A DNA stretch of 64,000 nt from NCBI RefSeq assembly GCF_009914755.1, contig NC_060945.1; one strand, given 5' to 3'. A program made the translations under genes and the position numbers. Below are positions 28,304 through 42,515 of this stretch, in pieces. Source of the stretch: the human T2T-CHM13v2.0 reference genome, Homo sapiens. Every line of letters begins with the position of its first letter. Within the stretch, counting starts at the first letter, position 1. The notes under the pieces are model-generated. The model was not told the origin of the DNA. It saw only the letters and a program-made list of their open reading frames with translations, and made no database searches.

Positions 28304-30559
28304 CGTTATTTTTAAAGTATTCACTTCAGTGCCTATCACGTACAGGCCCTGTTTCACAGAGTGGGTGGAAATATCTATGAGCCATCATCCCTGCCCTACT
28401 GCCTCTGCAGGTTCTGTCTGTGAGAACCATTCCTCCAAAAGAAAAGCAGTAGCTATAATTTTCCATGGGATCTTAGTTTTATTCAAAATGAGTACCTGGG
28501 CAAACTCATGACAATTGAACCTCAAATGTCAAAGTAGCCTTTGTTTTCCAAATATTTATATTTCAAATGTTTATGGGCAAATAGACCTATTCTCTTAATT
28601 AATGCTGATATCCTCTAAGTAGGCCAAACTTGACCTTCTATAGCATCAAATAAAATATATTTCTAGGCCTCCGATCATACACATCCATGCATGAATGGAT
28701 ACAAAATGGCAGAAAGGTCAGAGAGACAAAGACTGCCAAACTGGAGAGGGATCGATTAACAGAGTTCGCAGAAACACGGACAGGAAGAAAACATAGCAGA
28801 CCTCAGAGAACCTAAGCCAGGGCAGAGATTCAAAGAGGAGAACAACACAAGAATGCCAGGATGCAGAGAGGATCTACCAGTTTTGGAAGGAGGCAGGGTT
28901 AAGAGATGAGAGAGGAATGTTAGTTTCATGCCCTTGCCAATATCTTTCATAGCTAATTACACCCTGACAACCTATAAATTCCTCTAATAGTTTTCACTGG
29001 AGAAACTATTCTTCTACCCACTCCTACAAATATGAAGCAGGGTCGCTGGTCCAGACTAGCTTCCAGAATCACCCAAGTGGTGCTGATTATCAGTGGTGGG
29101 TGTGGACAACGGAGAAAACAAGAAGGCATTTTTCTGAGAGCGCTTGTGGCAAAAATCACCTTGTATGGTAAATACCAGATTCCACACATCAAGTGTCCTT
29201 ATTTCCTAACTGAAAGAAATAACTAAGGAGTTTCTCTCTTTCTTGCTCTCTTCTCTTCTCTCTCTCTCTCTCTCTCCTCTTCTTACTCTCCCCACTCTCC
29301 CCAACCCCTGACCTGAAGATCCACACAATAGCTAACCTCTCTAACCAATCAACTCTCAAAGTCTATTTTTCAGAGACATGGGATTTCTCTTTCTCACCAT
29401 GGAAGGGTTCGGATTCCACATATGTCACCTAGGAGACAAAAATTGAGTGTTTCAGAGAAAACAAGCTCACTCGTCTCCAACCAGCACTTTCTCTCATGGT
29501 TCCAGATGAAGACCATAATATTAAGCATTTCTACGGTACCTTTCGTCTTCCAGTACTTTTCACACACAGTTCAGGAAAGGAGGGAGCAGTGGTAGGCTGA
29601 CACATCACCTCCAAAACCCTAGACCACTGTTTTTCAGGTGGCTAGTCTATATCGCGACTGTTTAAATAAAGCAGAAACCAGATAAAAGCTCATTCAAAGG
29701 GACCAGTTATAGAAAGAGAGTGAACTATCTAGGGGCAAAAGAAAGTAATAAAATGTTCAAGTCCCCAAACATAAGGTTCATCTCTGCTAAGGGTGACTGA
29801 CTGTGGAGTCAGGCACGCCTGTTTCAAATTCTTATCCTGCCACTTACTACCTCCATATCCTCTGAAAGCATTAATATTCTCATTGGGGAAAAAAATGGGA
29901 GAAATTACCTACAAAATAGGTTTAAGTGAATTAACGTCTAGCCTAATGATCAGTAATGGTGGTGGTAGTAATAATAATATGCCACACATCAATGACCCAA
30001 GTTTTAGAGTATAATTTATTATGTTATAGAGCTAAATTTTTCTAAAATATTAAATAGTTTGAAGACCCTTGAAAGTGTTGAAAAAGTAATGTGTTTTCAC
30101 TTTTGAGAAATTTGCAGGTTGGTTTTTTAATGGTTTTAAAGCCTCTGCAGCTGACAGCAGGGCATTATTCATGCAGCACCAGTGGGTAAACCTAGGCCCT
30201 TCCATGCTTGTGTAAGGATATCTGGGTGTGAGAGATGTACCATGTTATAACCATACAGGCTTCTTCTCCAATCCATCACCATGTTCACCGCCACTATTTC
30301 CTTTCTGGGCAAAGACTTGGAGGTGGCATCATTTGTAGAAGGAATTTCTCCAGGGCACAGAAAGACTTCCCAAGAAGTACTGATTTAAGGCTGAAAGTTG
30401 TTAGTAACTTCTATGAGTGAAGACAGGAGTGAAGAATGTGGAGGCTTACAATTGCTTTCTCATCAACAGATAACTTAGACATGTGAAATAATTTTTTTAC
30501 CTTGTAGATTTGGGACAACATCTTCCCTTGAATACAACTAATCAAACTGGGCTTGCTAG

Positions 30560-31585
30560 GAGAATTTTGAACGTCCAACTGCATGTTCACTGATGGCTTT
30601 AAAATCCATATCTCCAGCACAGATCTTGCCTATGAACTCCCAAACCATCAATTCCACCTGGACATCTCAAATTCCACATGTCCAAGTCTGACCTTATCAT
30701 CTCCTTCTCAAATCTCAGCCCTTCTTCCCCACCTCCTTTGAATCTCTCTCAGTGCATCTTCCTGGATCTGGTCTCACTGGGTAGAAACTGAGGGGTCATT
30801 CTTGGCACCATTTTCTCCATCTCTGCAACACACATGAAAGGCAACCCATCACCGACTCTTGTCCATCTGCACTGCAAATAACCATCAGGTCTCACTGCTT
30901 TTCTCCAATTCCATGGCCACCAACCTACAGACCCAGGAGACCAATATTTATTGCATGAACTAGCCCTCCAGCATCTGCCTTGGCCCTGTCCTATTCTCTT
31001 CCTCACAGTGACCAGAATAATCTTCTCAAAGTTCTACCTTAAAACCCATCTGGACTTCCCACTGTCCATGAGTAAAGGAGAAAATCCTGAGCATGGCCTT
31101 CTCCTTTACCATGCTCATCATGCTCTGACCTCACAGACTTCCCCACCCTGAGCTCCAGCCAGAGAACTTCAGTTATACACCCGCTCATGCCAAAGGGTAT
31201 TTACTCATCCATGTTCTTCCCCTCTCAGAGGCTCTCTTTCTCCTAACTCCCTCTTCCATCTGAACAATTCCTACTTTCCCTTCAAATCTTCATGTAAAAA
31301 TCACTTCCCAAAAAAACTCTCTTGGTCAGGTTCGTTGGTTCCATATGGTCCCATGTGCTCATGGAACTGTATCTCTTTCTTTCATTGCTCTCCTTTCAGT
31401 CCACTTTGATTCCCTCACCGTTGTGCCCATGTGTCACTGTGTGTCCCCTGCTAGACTGTAAGGTCAGTAAGAGCAGGGACTATGTCTGGTTTGCCCACCA
31501 TTATAACCTCACTGCCAAGCCCAGTGCCTGGTAAAAAGAAGGCACTTGGTGAAAATAGATGTTGAATGAATGAATGAGTGAACGA
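30560..31585 (+). mobile_element. L2 LINE 3' remnant
   Basis: CCATATCTCCAGCACAGATCT...CTAGACTGTAAGGTCAG...CCAGTGCCTGG...GTTGAATGAATGAATGAGTG tail. Confidence 0.75.
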
Positions 31586-31662
31586 ATGTAAAGAGGTATA
31601 TGACACATCTAATAGGAGGATGGGGGAATTTGAGTGTAACCTTAAAAAGAGTTCTTCTATAA

Positions 31663-31822
31663 GGCCGGGTACAGTGACATGCACCTGTAGTCACTGCTCA
31701 AGAAACTGAGGCAGGAGGATGGCTAGAGCCCAGGAGACGCAGGCTGTGGTGTACTATGATCATGCCCACGGACAGGACTATACTCCAACCTGGGCAACAT
31801 AGCCAGACCCCATCTATTTTTT
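31663..31822 (+). mobile_element. FAM (fossil Alu monomer)
   Basis: Monomer with FAM-type GGCTGTGGTGTACTATGATCATGCC...CTGGGCAACATAGCCAGACCCCATCT; degenerate TSD AAAAAGAGTTCT / AAAAAAGGTTCT. Confidence 0.8.
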
Positions 31823-32125
31823 AAAAAAGGTTCTGTAGGACAAAATCTCAGAGCATGGCAAAGGAAGGGCAGAAGGGATATTGTTTCCCAGGAAAATACT
31901 ACAGCAAATTTGTAGGAAGAAAGGGTGCAAACACTTGGGTATCCTCCCCTCATGTCACCCCTTGGAATCTCAGCTTTCCGACGGAGCAAGTAGGGGTGGA
32001 AGTGCTTGGAAGAAAAGAGGAAAATGTTGCAAAACATTCTAAAGCTATCAGGACAAAATGTATACGTGCCAGAGAACATGAGGTAGAAATTGTACTTATC
32101 TATAGTTTTAGAAAATGAGCAAGGA

Positions 32126-32753
<628 letters not shown>

Positions 32754-34219
32754 TCATGCCTTTGTTTGGTTTCGGTAATTACTTGTTCATTTAAAAAGAA
32801 AAAGAAATATATGAAAATGAACATTTCTCTCACATGTCTGCCTACATTTCAAATAAAGGTTTCATGTGGCATCTTGAAGGAACTGAAACCCTAGTAACGC
32901 AAGGAGAAAACCATCCTGCAGAAAAACTGGCACCCCCCCCAAAACAGCTATCATTCTGTTCTTTCCAGCACGAAAAGGGAAAGTGTATTTCTCTGTTTAC
33001 CTTTACATTTTCAACTTTAAAGCAATGTCAACAATAACCTGACATTGCATTTCAAGCAGAACAACAGCATTCTAAACTCCGGCATTATAGAAAAGTAAAA
33101 AATGGATATGCAGCTGGTTTCTCTTGCCCCGGCTCGTAAGATGGAGAAAATGTTTGAAAAGTAAATCCCATGAATTACAGGTGATGTTGTCGCACATTCA
33201 GCCTTCTCTTATCCCACCTGTCTTACTCCAGCGTCTCTACCTGAGCTACCTCCAAGCCAACATAGAGCCCTTTTCTTCTAAGTTTGCTAAACTTTCATCT
33301 TTACCTCTCTGACATTTTCTTGCCTTGCCAAAATTCCTAAAGCTTTCAGGGTGGTTAACAAACAGTAGGTGTCAGCCTAAGGGTTAAGAATTCATGCTCC
33401 CAGATGATAATCATCAGTAGATTGTTCTGGAAAATTAAATACACCTGAGCCAAGTTTCTTAAGGCTGTACTCTGGAGATGTTTCAATTTATTTTTTAAAA
33501 AAAGAAGAAACAGTTCAAGAATGTGAACTTTGTTTCTCACATATATTTTCCTAGGCTTCTTTTCTTTCCTTTTGTTTTTTTTTTTTTTTTTTTGGTATTT
33601 CACTATGTGCTTTGGCTTTTCCCCAGATTTTTACCTACCCTTGTCCTCTCTGACATATGAAAAATGTTCTTGCATTCTGCCACCTTAGCAAGGGCATCGA
33701 ATGACAAAAGAAACTGTTCATTCCAGAAGTCCTGATGGCACTATCGTTAGATTTAGACTCACCTATCTGCACAGACTTCCAGAGGCAAGGACAGACAGCA
33801 CGTGGCTCACTCGATAGGTGGGGCATTCATTCAGAGATGCTCACTTAGTGCCTACTATGCACCAAGCATTGTGCTTGCAGTGAGGCTCCAAGAAACTAAT
33901 GGGGATATTCTAGTTCTCCAGGAATTCCCCTCTGTTGTGAGTGATGGACTAGAATAGAAGTAGGCACAGGCTGTACCAGAAGAGCAGACACTTGCTATAG
34001 AAGGAAGGCCAGGAACACTGCTTGTGATGTGGCTACTGCTTCACTGGACAGTGAAGGTGCCTAACAGCCATTCCAGAGAGAAAGGCCAGCAGAGACAAAG
34101 GCACAGAAACATGAAAGGGCAGAGGGTGATGGAGACACAGGTGTTTCCAGGTGGCCAGACCAGATCACAGCAAGAGTGGCAAAAATGAAGCCTATAAATA
34201 TCTGTTGAAAATAGATTAT

Positions 34220-35146
34220 AATGGGAGAAAAATTTTGCAATCTATCCATCTGACAAAGGGCTAATATCCAGAATCTACAAGGAACTTAAACAAGTTTACA
34301 GGAAAAAAAAAACCCATCAAAAAGTGGGCAAAAGATACGAACAGACATTTCTCAAAAGAACACATTTATGCAGACAAAAAACATGAAAAAAAGCTCATCA
34401 CCACTGGTCATTACAGAAATGCAAATCAAAACCACAATGAGATGCCATCTCACACCAGTTAGAATGGTGATCATTAAAAAGTCTGGAAACAACAGATGTT
34501 GGAGAGGATGTGGAGAAATAGGAATGCTTTTACACTGTTGGTGGGAGTGTAAATTAGTTCAACCACTGTGGAAGACAGTGTGGTGATTCCTCAAGGATCT
34601 AGAACCAGAAATACTATTACTGGGTATATACCTAAAGGATTATAAATCATTCTACTATAAAGACACAGGCACACATGTTTATTGCAGCACTATTTACAAT
34701 AGCAAAGACTTGGAACCAACCCAAATGCCCATCAATGATAGACTGGATAAAGAAAATGTGGCACATAAACATGATGGAATATTATGCAGTCATAAAAAAA
34801 GAATGAGTTCATGTCCTTTGCAGGGACATGGATGAAGCTGGAAACCATCAACCTCAGCAAACTAACACCAGAATAGAAAACCAAACAACGCATGTTCTCA
34901 CTCATAAGTGGGAGTTGAACAATGAGAACATACGGACAAAGGGAGGGGAACATCTCACACCCGGCCTGTTAGTGGGTAGGAGGAAAGGGGAGGGAGAGCA
35001 TTAGGACAAATACCTAATGCATGCAAGACTTAAAACCTAGATGACAGGTTGATAGGTGCAGCAAACCACCGTGGCACATGTATACCTATGTAGCAAACAT
35101 GCACATTCAGCACATGTATCCCAGAACTTAAAGTAAAATAAAAAAA
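34220..35146 (+). mobile_element. 5'-truncated L1PA (about PA7-PA8), inserted in an antisense L2
   Basis: ORF2 C-terminal peptide [34 protein letters not shown]1PA 3' UTR and A tail; TSD GAAAATAGATTAT / GAAAATATATTTT. Confidence 0.95.
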
Positions 35147-38074
35147 GAAAATATATTTTGAGAGTTTTGGAGTGTCATGCTAAGAAGGTTGGATTTATCC
35201 TGCATTAAGAGGGGAAAATACAAGGTGAGCTTTCCATCTAGCAAGAGGTTCAACCAGGAGCTCTACTAGAAAACATAATGCACTGTGTTTCCCCTGTGGC
35301 TGGAGAAGTGTGCATTGGGAGAGTAGAAAGGAGGGCGAAATACCTTCCAACTGATGGCAATTTGGGGAGGACTTCACAAAGAAGGTGGCCTCTGAGCAAC
35401 ACCTTGAAGGATGAGCAGAACTGAGCCCATGAGAGATGGTGGTGAGGAAGGGTGCCCAGCTGAGAGCAGAGGCACAGGTTGGTGAGTGGGCATGTCTTAC
35501 TCAGGAAGGAGCCTGGGGTCTTCTAGGGTTGGCCTATGGCTGTTGGAGGTTTGGAGCAGGAGAAAAGCTGGAAAGTTACTCTGAGATCCCATTGCGGAGG
35601 CCTTTGAATGCCTTGTTAAGGATGTTGTCCTGAAGGCAACAGGAGATCTACAGGATTAGGATTTAGAAGTTAACTCTGGCAACATGGATTGGATAAGGAG
35701 TGAGACCAGGCAAGGACACTAGTCCAGAGGCCACTGCAAAAAAAATAGGCAAGAGATGAGAAGAGCCTTGTGGCTGAGTCTGGGTGTGCTGGTGGCTCAT
35801 GCTGCCCAGCCTCCCTTGAAGCTGGGTGTGGCCCTGTGGAAGATGAGCAGGAGGGGCATGCCCGACTACCAGACCTACCCATCAATGCTCCCAGAGGGCC
35901 TCTTCATTACCTTTTTCCTTCCAGCTGGCAGGCATAAAGCTGACCTCAGGGTGGCCCTGGAAGCCCAATAAACACGGCTGAGCCTTCAGCAGCCTGAATC
36001 CCTGAATGACTGCATGGACAGGGCCACACTGGTGACCAGCTGACTCACCCAGTACTGTTACGTGACCAAAAACTAACCTTCTATTGGTTCTGTGACATTT
36101 TTTACTTTGAGATCTATTTATTGTACCAGCAATGCATACCCTACCTAACACTGATGGTTAGATGGTACAGTGGAGATGGAAAGAGACCGTCAAAAGACAT
36201 TGTACAGGTTAGTCCTCAAGACTTGGCTACCCATTTCAAGTGGAAGGTAAGAGTGAAGAGTGAAAGATGGCGCCAACATTTGCAGCCTGGATGAAGGGGC
36301 AGGTGGTGAGGCCATTAATCTGAAAGAGTGACCATGGGAGGAGAAGGCTTAGAGGAAGGCAATGAGATTCACCGGGGACCTGCAGAAGTTGGGGTATCTG
36401 TGGGGAGACCGGGGTGGGACTGTGCAGTGGGCAGTTAGGACTACAGGCATGGAGCCTAATCATAGAGGCCAGTAAAGCTGCCCAATCGCCTCCAGAACAG
36501 CCCAGGCTGCCCAGGAGGCCTCCCTTTGTACTTTCCTCACACTACAAAAAAAAAATGTAGCAAATGTCAAAGACACACAGATTGTATTAATTAATTATTT
36601 AAAATATCATTGACAACAATAGGTGAACTCTGAATGGGTTACAGGTGATAAATTATTCTGGGTTTTAAAAATCCCCACTCTGTGCCTCACTAGCATAGCA
36701 GGAAACTTAGTCTCTCAGGGCTTCTGTTTTCCTCCTGTGTAAAATGGATGCCTCTGTCCTTGCTGTGTGGCTGGGAGGAATAAATGGGGTGATGTAGTCA
36801 CCAGCCCATTACACAGGGCTCAGATAATCACCAGTATGTGTGATTACCATAAGCCATTCTTCTAATATTGGTAACAACAGCTGACACTGATTGAATTATT
36901 CTTAGTGTTCTACCTGATCTACCCATTTAATCTTGATAACTCCTCGAGGTAAGTACCTCCATTTTCCCCACTCTATAGATGAGGAAATAGACCAGAGAGG
37001 TTAGGTAGCTTGCTCCAGGTGATACAGCTAACAGTAAAGCTGGGCTATGGCCCCATCAGGTAGAGTCTGGCTCACGGACTCTTTCCTGCCACATGACATA
37101 TCCATGGCAGGAGACACAGTCCTCTCGGGAGCACGGATGCATCTCCAATGACTGAAAGCACTTGCTCATCATTTTTGTGGAGCATTCAGCAGCAGAGCTG
37201 GCAGTTCTCAGGAGGTTCTAAGTGGTTATGAGAACCTCGACTCATTCTTGAAGAGCAGTTTTATAATAACAGGAAAAAGTCAATAATTCCAGATAAATAA
37301 ATGCCGGTTGGGCAAAATAACCCTGAGGCTTATACAATGCTCTTAATTTTTCAAAGCATGTCCACAGGCTGCATCCCATTTCCAAAGGGCATTGGATACA
37401 AGCCCTTCAAAGGTCCAGGGAGGGAACTACGGTACCCTGGCAGAGAATATGGAAGCTGTCATGCTGCGAAGACAGCTTCACTGCACCTGGCCCTCCTCTT
37501 TCTCATGCTGAACCTTCATGAACCAGGAAGACGAGTACGATGGGAGAGAGGACAGAGATGGGTCATTGCAGCTGCTCTGGCCCTCACATCAATTGCAGGA
37601 CCCATCCCATTTGGAAATAGCACTGCTGGGAAGAACCCTCTCGAGAGGCTGCTGCCACTGTCATTGCCACTGGTCTCTCTCTTTTAGGCGGTCCTATTAC
37701 TTGTTTCAGTCTGGGGACAAAGGCAGACTGGGGTGCAGGCTCTGCTACAATGTACTGAATGTTAAAGTACCAAAAGGCTAAAACCAGAGCACCAGGATGA
37801 TGCTTGGGAATACTCCAGGGCTTGGGATGGCTCAGCCCCCAGTGCTCTGACTGATGGAGTATAAATTCCCAAACAGGAGACACTGGATGCTGTGCTGCCT
37901 CCATGTTACCAATAGGATGCCCAGGCAGTTTCAAAACTGAAGAGTGTGGAGCCCTTCTGTAGGGTAGGGGGTCTCTGACCCTGTCTGCGGGGCCCTCTCC
38001 AGGACTCAAGCTGCCATGGCCATCGTGGCCAGTCCTCAGCCACCTCCCCAGCTCTCACCACTGGCATGCAAGGG

Positions 38075-38522
38075 GAGCTGTGAGTGCTGAGGCCTTTTCT
38101 CCATGCACAGATGGCCTCAGGCCCCTCTCAGGATTCTGCAGAGCTGGTAGACGTCCCTCTCCCAGCCAGGATCCTGATTGCCAGGCTTCAGCACCCATGA
38201 AACCCCACATCTTCTTCACACAGACTGAGAATTGCATTCACAGTGGGTTTACCCGTTCACAGGTCTAACAGAGCACTTCCACCACAGGCATTTTTAATGA
38301 GCTGTGAGTGCTGAGGCCTTTTCTCCATGCACAGATGGCCTCAGACCCTTCTCAGGATTCTGCAGAGCTGGCAGACGTCCCTCTCCCAGCCAGGATCCTG
38401 ATTGCCAGGCTTCAGCACCCATGAAACCCTATCATCTTCTTCACACAGACTGAGAATTCCATTCACAGTGGGTTTACCCATTCACAGGTCTAACAGAGCA
38501 CTTCCACCACAGGCATTTTTAA
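38075..38522. repeat. Head-to-tail tandem duplication, 2 x ~224 bp, ~97% identical
   Basis: Units 38075-38298 and 38299-38522 both begin GAGCTGTGAGTGCTGAGGCC and end CACAGGCATTTTTAA. Confidence 0.97.
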
Positions 38523-38809
38523 AAGCTGCCCAGGGCGTCTAAGAGGCAACATCTTAACCGATAAGACCCACCGATTCAAGCTCTTCCATTTGCTGATGAG
38601 GAAGCCAGGCCCAGGATGTGAAGAGATTTCCCTAAAGTCACATAGCTATGAAGGAAACCTGGTCACCCTCCAGCATGACACAGATGCTGAAACAACTTTA
38701 ATATTTTCTCTAGGTCTAGAGAAGGGACATCACCTCTTTCAGGGGAAGGGGTAAATTGTCTTTATTTACTTACACATAATAATTCAACATTTTAATGCTG
38801 AACATTCTA

Positions 38810-39265
38810 CGGGCTCTATAAGCTACTAGAATAAATGAGTTACCAAGATTACAGGATAAAAAAGTAATATATAAAAAAGTACTGTATTTCTAAATACTAG
38901 CAACAAACATCAAAAATAGACATTTAAAAAACAAAACCACTTACAACAGCATTAAATTTTTTGATACTTAGGGATAAATCTGACAAAAAGAACGTTCATC
39001 TATACACTAAAAACTATAAAACATTGCTGACAGAAATTTAAAAATCTTTTAAAAATGGGGAGAAACACCATGTCTATGAGTTGAAAGACTCAGGATTGTT
39101 AAAATGTCAAATTAATCTATAGATTCAATGCAATCTCAAACAAAATGCCAGCAATATATTTGTAGATATTTACAAGCTAATTCTAAAATCAGTATGGAAA
39201 GCAAAGGGCCTATTATAGCCAGAACAATTTTGAAAAAGAAATAAGCTGAAGAATTACACCTGATT
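38810..39265 (+). mobile_element. Old L1M ORF2 fragment
   Basis: AAGCTACTAGAATAAATGAG...AAAACTATAAAACATTGCTGACAGAAAT...AGATTCAATGCAATC. Confidence 0.75.
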
Positions 39266-39434
39266 TAATTGTGTTTGGGGCTTATGGCTTTTTAAATTTT
39301 TTAATTAACAGATAATCAATGTATATATTCATGAAGTACAATGTGATGTTTAATATATGTATACATTGTGGAATGATTAAATCAACCTAATTAATATATC
39401 CATCACTTCACCTATTTATCATTTCTTGTGATGA

Positions 39435-39809
<375 letters not shown>

Positions 39810-40390
39810 TAATAATGGAAATTGTACATCCTTTGACCAACATCTTTCCTTCCCCCCTCTTCTCCACCAGACTCTGTCTCTGCTTTTTCTACCTGCTTCA
39901 ATGTGAATATCTTTCTCAGTTGTTCAGTATGCAGGAGTCTTTCACCTAGTTTCTGCTTTCTCTCAGGGAGTATTGATCCATATGTAGGTGTTCATTAGGT
40001 GCATCTGTCAGAAAAGGGATAGTCAGGACCCTCCTATTCCACCATGTTGCTGATGTAACATCACCTCTTGATTTGAATCCTCCCTAGTGAACAATCACCT
40101 AGCTCTCATTGGTAACAGCAACTTCTCCCCTTAGCAAAGCAGACTTCATAGCAGGGAGCACTGAGGCTCAAAGAAGCAGCAGCATTTGCTGATAAACAGG
40201 TGCTGGAGAATATTCAGAGCAGCAAGAGCAGAGGTGTGGATGTGGGACCTCCTGAGACCCATAACATGGACCCAGAGTAAATCGTTCAATGGGATGGAGC
40301 ATAAGGTGGTGAAACAGAAAGGTGAGAGGCAGATTTAAATGATGTATATCCTTGTCACTGTTCTTCAAAACTAACTTCCAATTAATATGC

Positions 40391-40870
40391 TGTATGGTAA
40401 ACATATCTGAGAGCAATAACGTAGACTCCCTGAGACTGACCCTGTATGGCAGACACATCTAAATGTGTGCTCTGAGCTAGGAAATCTGACAGCGCCAAAC
40501 ACATAGATTTGTTCCTTTTCTATGAGGAACATCTGAGCTCCGAGCCTGGCCCATGGAACACAGGCCATACTGGGAATCAAGGCCCTTTGTTTTGGGGTAA
40601 GTGAAAGTTGCCAGTTGAAGACTGTCGGAGGGTGCTAAAAGAAAATGTGATGTAAGCTGCATGCCTTTTGCAAGCAGTTGCAGTTATAATGCTCAGCCTG
40701 CCCCCACTAGGCCATGCAGTTCTCCTGTCTAGCCTGCTACCACTGGACTCTCTCCCCTGCACGTAAGTCCCCAGTAAAACCCATGTCTCATTTGCTGGCT
40801 CTGGGTCTCTTCTTCAGCCTCTTGCATCTAGTACCACACCCACTGGAGTCGATACGGATTCGACACAACA
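40391..40870 (+). mobile_element. LTR47A/B (ERVL) solo LTR
   Basis: TGTATGGTAAACATATCTGAGAGCAATAAC...CCCATGTCTCATTTGCTGGCTCTGGGTCTCTTCTTC...GACACAACA; TSD TATGC / CATGC. Confidence 0.8.
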
Positions 40871-41219
40871 CATGCATACAGAGATTTAAGTCCCACCATG
40901 TATAATTCTATCTTATAGCAGTTTCAAGAAGTCTGTACCCCAGGAGCATTGAAGGGGGATCAAATCTTACTAATCGTAGGAAATAGCTTCATCTAAAGAA
41001 GAATTTCCCAATTGTTGGAGCTTTTCTTAAAAGGCATGGGCTGCTGACAAAGTAATGTGCTCCCTGTTGCTCAATGCATTCAAGCAACTGGATGCATTCA
41101 AGATGGGCTGGATGACCATCTGCCTGGAAGGTCAAAGAGATTTTTACCTTAGTAGGAAGTTGGTGGGAGGACTTTTAAGGAGGCTTCCAATCATGACAGA
41201 TTGTGATCTTTTGGGTAAA

Positions 41220-41440
41220 GAACTAAGACTTCACCTGGGTTTGAACCCCATCTCTGCCCCTTACCAGCTGGGTGACCTGGGCAAAGCATTTAACCTCGCT
41301 GTCCCAGCTTCTTCCATAGTGAAATGGGGACATGTATCAGTGTCTACCTCATAGGGTGATTGTGAGGATGAAACGAGTTGTTCCATATCAAGGGTCATGG
41401 ACATTATCAATGTTGAATAAATGTTGGTCACTGTTCTTAT
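41220..41440 (+). mobile_element. MIR SINE
   Basis: CTGGGTTTGAACCCCATCTCTGCCCCTTACCAGCTGGGTGACCTGGGCAAAGCATTTAACCTC...ACCTCATAGGGTGATTGTGAGGAT. Confidence 0.8.
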
Positions 41441-42515
41441 GATGGCGTTGTTATTATGGATTGTGACTCCCCATCTTTCATTTAAGGAGATGCCACTTAA
41501 ATGGGCTCCACAACACAACATTCCTGCAAGCACAGACCAGGCACAAGATACCTGGTATCCTTCTGACAGCTCTTTTTTTTCCTGTATCAAAATGAAGCAT
41601 AAGATGAATGGGAAAAAGATGAGACACAGACTTTAAAAATCAATATCCTTATAACTATTCTTCAAATATAATCACCAATTATATTAATTATATTAATACT
41701 TATACAGAAGTGTAAGTCTCATCTATCTTATTAGATAGAATTCCAATGTGAATCCACCTTCAACCCTTTGAACAGCACTTCTGGTGAGGGAGGGTGGAAA
41801 TTCACACAGGGGACCCTTCCTGCGTTTCCACCCTGGCTCCCAGATGCCGCATTTTTCAGAGAAGTTTGCCTTGAACTTCCATGCACCTCCTCCTACCCCC
41901 TGCAAATTTACACACAGAGCACCTTTGTGAGCCGAAGACTGGGCACGGACAGAGCACAGAGAGGGCTTGTCAAAGTAAACGAGTTGATTCATGTGTAAAA
42001 ATCCCCCGACTGCGTTTACAGATTAAATTGGAAAAACTTTCAGCTGCTTTTGGTTGAAAATTCCACTCAAATATTTCATTGGATGCCTGTGCCTTCGGCA
42101 CATGGAGTTCCAGTGCTTGCACAATAGTCTGCACGTGCAAACACAAAGCTCGGTGGTCTGTGAGTGGCATGTGGCTTCAAAAGGTCTGTGTCATCTGATG
42201 GCCAATGGTTTCCTGCATATTTGCTGTATAAGCACATCCCTGTCCACGGATGTGCTGAATTAATGATAAGCCCACAAAGTTTAACAAGGTTCAGGTGGAG
42301 GGCTCTCGAATTTTTGAACTTCACAGCACTAGATGCTTGAATGAATCTAGCAACAGTAAATTCATTACTTTGTTGGCAGCTTGTGCCTCTTAATAAAGAG
42401 CTCCACTGATTAGGAAGAGACAGCTGTAGATCTGCATTGTTCCATGTAACAGCCACCAACCACTGTGGCCTTTGAACATTTAAAATGTGGCTAATCCAAA
42501 CCAAGATGTGCTGTA

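Noticed and set aside
37301-38009. Overlapping 128-aa (+) and 141-aa (-) ORFs in unique sequence
   Set aside because: No recognisable domain or exon structure; lengths expected by chance
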